A stretch of DNA of 49,421 bases from Octopus bimaculoides (lineage: Eukaryota), in the NCBI RefSeq assembly GCF_001194135.2, contig NC_068983.1, forward strand, positions 58,277,064 through 58,326,484, in the 5' to 3' direction. Under the pieces are notes generated by a model. That model was not told where the DNA came from and searched no databases. It saw only the letters and a list, made by a program, of their open reading frames with translations. Shown piece after piece: positions 47,158-49,421 of this stretch; the first letter of the stretch is position 1; every line of letters begins with the position of its first letter. The position numbers and the translations under genes are program-made.

Positions 47158-47406
47158 GTGTGTACAGCTATGGCCAATCAGTCCGATGTGTCCTCAGAAG
47201 ACTCTGTCATAGATCAGTCACTGCTGGTCTGCTGGAACTGAAGGCAAAGAGCTGGCTCTGACCTTGCATAGTTCATGTTTTCTTTGTGCCCCAGTAATCC
47301 TGTTCTGTTCATAAGAGGTAGCCCCTCGATTAGTGCAGCTTTGCCAGGCAGGATCATCTTGTGGTCATGTTTCTCAGGTGACGGGATTGATCTCAATGTT
47401 CTTTAG
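47158..47406 (-). pseudogene. RTE-BovB-like LINE ORF C-terminal relic
   Basis: A single frame of 83 codons with 4 stops: LKNIEINPVT*ET*PQDDPAWQSCTNRGATSYEQNRITGAQRKHELCKVRASSLPSVPADQQ*LIYDRVF*GHIGLIGHSCTH. It is collinear with the recalled BovB-type W...AQDR..WR.....GA..YE..R....QRKR..RK...GR.F....GL.SH.RTH terminus. Confidence 0.8.
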
Positions 47407-48175
47407 TTTTTATTACTGACACAAATAAGCCCAAAGGCTGAGAGAATATTGAATATCTTACAAATATTTTCATTGTTGAATACTATACTTCCTGGAATTT
47501 AAAATACGTAAGACACACCCCTGTTTGACAAATATATTCTGTGGAGAAACAAATTTAGCATTTTTCATGATACACTTACTGTAAAATATTTTAAAGTGAT
47601 TTTTGTAAAGAAAAATATCTGATTCTCTACCTATAAATACAATGTTGTAACAATATACAGAAATAGATTACGAAACCATAAATTTATCATAAATAGATTT
47701 TGTTATGAGAGTACCCTATTTCAATGTTATCTTCTTTGAGATCAACTGTATAGTTATTTATATTTTGATTTGGAATATTCTCATACAGGATGTAAGACTA
47801 GTATTTCAGGCAGTGATGTTTTGTTACAGTGATCAGCCATCAGAGTGATGGTTCACCTTTACTATGTTTTTGTCATCATTCACTCATTAAAAATAGCTGA
47901 CAGTTGAATCAAAGTTTGTCAACATTCTGTTTACCTTTCTAGAATTTTTATTTGGATAATTAAAAATGTTTCTTAAAGGTAAAGCACTCGTTACATAATG
48001 CAATGAATATACCTGATGTGGGTTATGTATCCTGGGGAAGGATGTATAATGAGATGATGTATCCTCTCAAATAACTGCTGGACCATTAACAATTTTCACC
48101 TGTTTGTGTTCACAAACTATGATAGTTTGGTTTGTTATCAATATTGTATTTTAGTTTTCAGTTTTTATATTTTAT

Positions 48176-48395
48176 GGGGTGACAACATGACAGAATTGTC
48201 AGCATGCCAGGAAAATTGCTTAGCAGTATTTCATCTGTCTTTACATTCTGAGTTCAAATTCTACCAAGGTCGGCTTTACCTTTCATCCTTTCAGGGTCAA
48301 TAAAGTAAGTACCAGTTATGCACTGGGGTTGATGTCATCAACTAAGCTCCTACCCCAAAATCTCAGCCTATGTAGCTTTATTAGAAAGGAATATT
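48176..48395 (+). mobile_element. SINE family A
   Basis: CAGAATTGTCAGCATGCC...GAGTTCAAATTCTACC...AAGTACCAGTTATGCACTGGGG. Confidence 0.85.
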
Positions 48396-48519
48396 TTATT
48401 AGTAATAACAATTTCTGTGCCAAGCAGACTTATGCTTATCTGACTCTCTTCTCTAAAACACTCAATCTTCCATTTGCAATGGGGCCAAATCAGATCCCAA
48501 GGCAATTTTTTTATATATA

Positions 48520-48976
48520 GGCACAGGCATAGATGTGTGATAAATTTTCTATCCCACCACATGGTTCTGGGTTCAGTCCCAATGTGTGGCACCTTGGGCA
48601 AGTGTCTTTTACAATCATTAGATTGTGGCCATGCTGGGGCACCACATTGAAGAATATTAGTCAAACAAAATGACCCCAGTACTTAACTTATTTTAGGCCT
48701 GGTATTTATTTTATTGGGCTCTTCTGCTGAACTGCTCAGTTATAAGGATGTAAACACACCAGCACTGGTTGTTGAGTGGCCAGGGATAAACACACACACA
48801 TATACATATATATTATGACAGGCTTCTTTCAGTTTCCATCTACCAAATCCTCTCACAAGGTTTTGGTCAGCCAAAATATATAGTATAGGAAAATACACTT
48901 ACCCATGGTGAGGGCTTGAACTCAGAGTCATGTGATTCAGAAGTAAGCTTCTTACCACACAGCCACGCCTGCACCT
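48520..48976. mobile_element. SINE family B cluster: + head (48520-48610) abutting a full minus copy (48614-48976)
   Basis: Family B head and tail modules occur in opposite orientations. Confidence 0.85.
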
Positions 48977-49040
48977 ATATAATTATATTTAATTATGTAT
49001 TTATTTATTTATTTATTTATTTACACTTTTACACTTTTAC

Positions 49041-49421
49041 ACTTTTACTTGTTTTAGTCTTTTGACTGTGGCCATGCTGGAGCACCACCTTTAGTTGAGC
49101 AAATCGACCCCAGGACTTATTCTTTAGAAGCCTAGTACTTATTCTATCGGTCTCTTTTGCCGAACCGCTAAGTTACGGGGACATAAACACACCAGCATTG
49201 GTTGTCAAGCGATGTTGGGGGGACAAACACAGACACACAAACACATAAACACATACACACATATATATATACATATATACGACAGGCTTCTTTCAGTTTC
49301 CGTCTACCAAATCCACTCACAAGGCTTTGGTCGGCCCGAGGCTATAGTAGAAGACACTTGCCCAAAGTGCCACGCAGTGGGACTGAACCCGGGACCATGT
49401 GCTTGGTAAGCAAGCTACTTA
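49041..49421 (-). mobile_element. SINE family B, low-divergence copy cut by the window edge
   Basis: CpG-rich copy (GGTCGGCCCGAGGC, CCGAACCGCTAAG) with all modules present except the first head bases. Confidence 0.9.

Overview
AT-rich eukaryotic non-coding DNA with about 4.6 kb of N gaps, most of them next to microsatellites. It is probably intronic or intergenic octopus (coleoid cephalopod) sequence; that is an inference from the repeat families I recognise, not a database hit. I cannot support any intact host protein-coding gene, and the ORF track is mostly microsatellite or N read-through. The window is a mosaic of decayed mobile elements. These are two abundant tRNA-derived SINE families (called A and B here), 5'-truncated RTE-clade LINE ends (family C plus two other RTE relics), two R4/Dong-type LINE ends, Tc1/mariner relics, hAT- and piggyBac-type MITEs, and fold-back elements. 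The strongest unannotated signal is a set of type I hammerhead ribozyme motifs in at least five unrelated scaffolds. All have a palindromic helix III (ACGT, ATAT, ACAGCTGT, ATGATCAT), as described for Penelope-like elements. Two copies keep an intact catalytic core (13177-13220 and 38654-38729, both minus strand). One ribozyme family is fused behind a tRNA-like Pol III head, which makes a candidate ribozyme-bearing SINE or retrozyme that occurs here twice as divergent inverted pairs.
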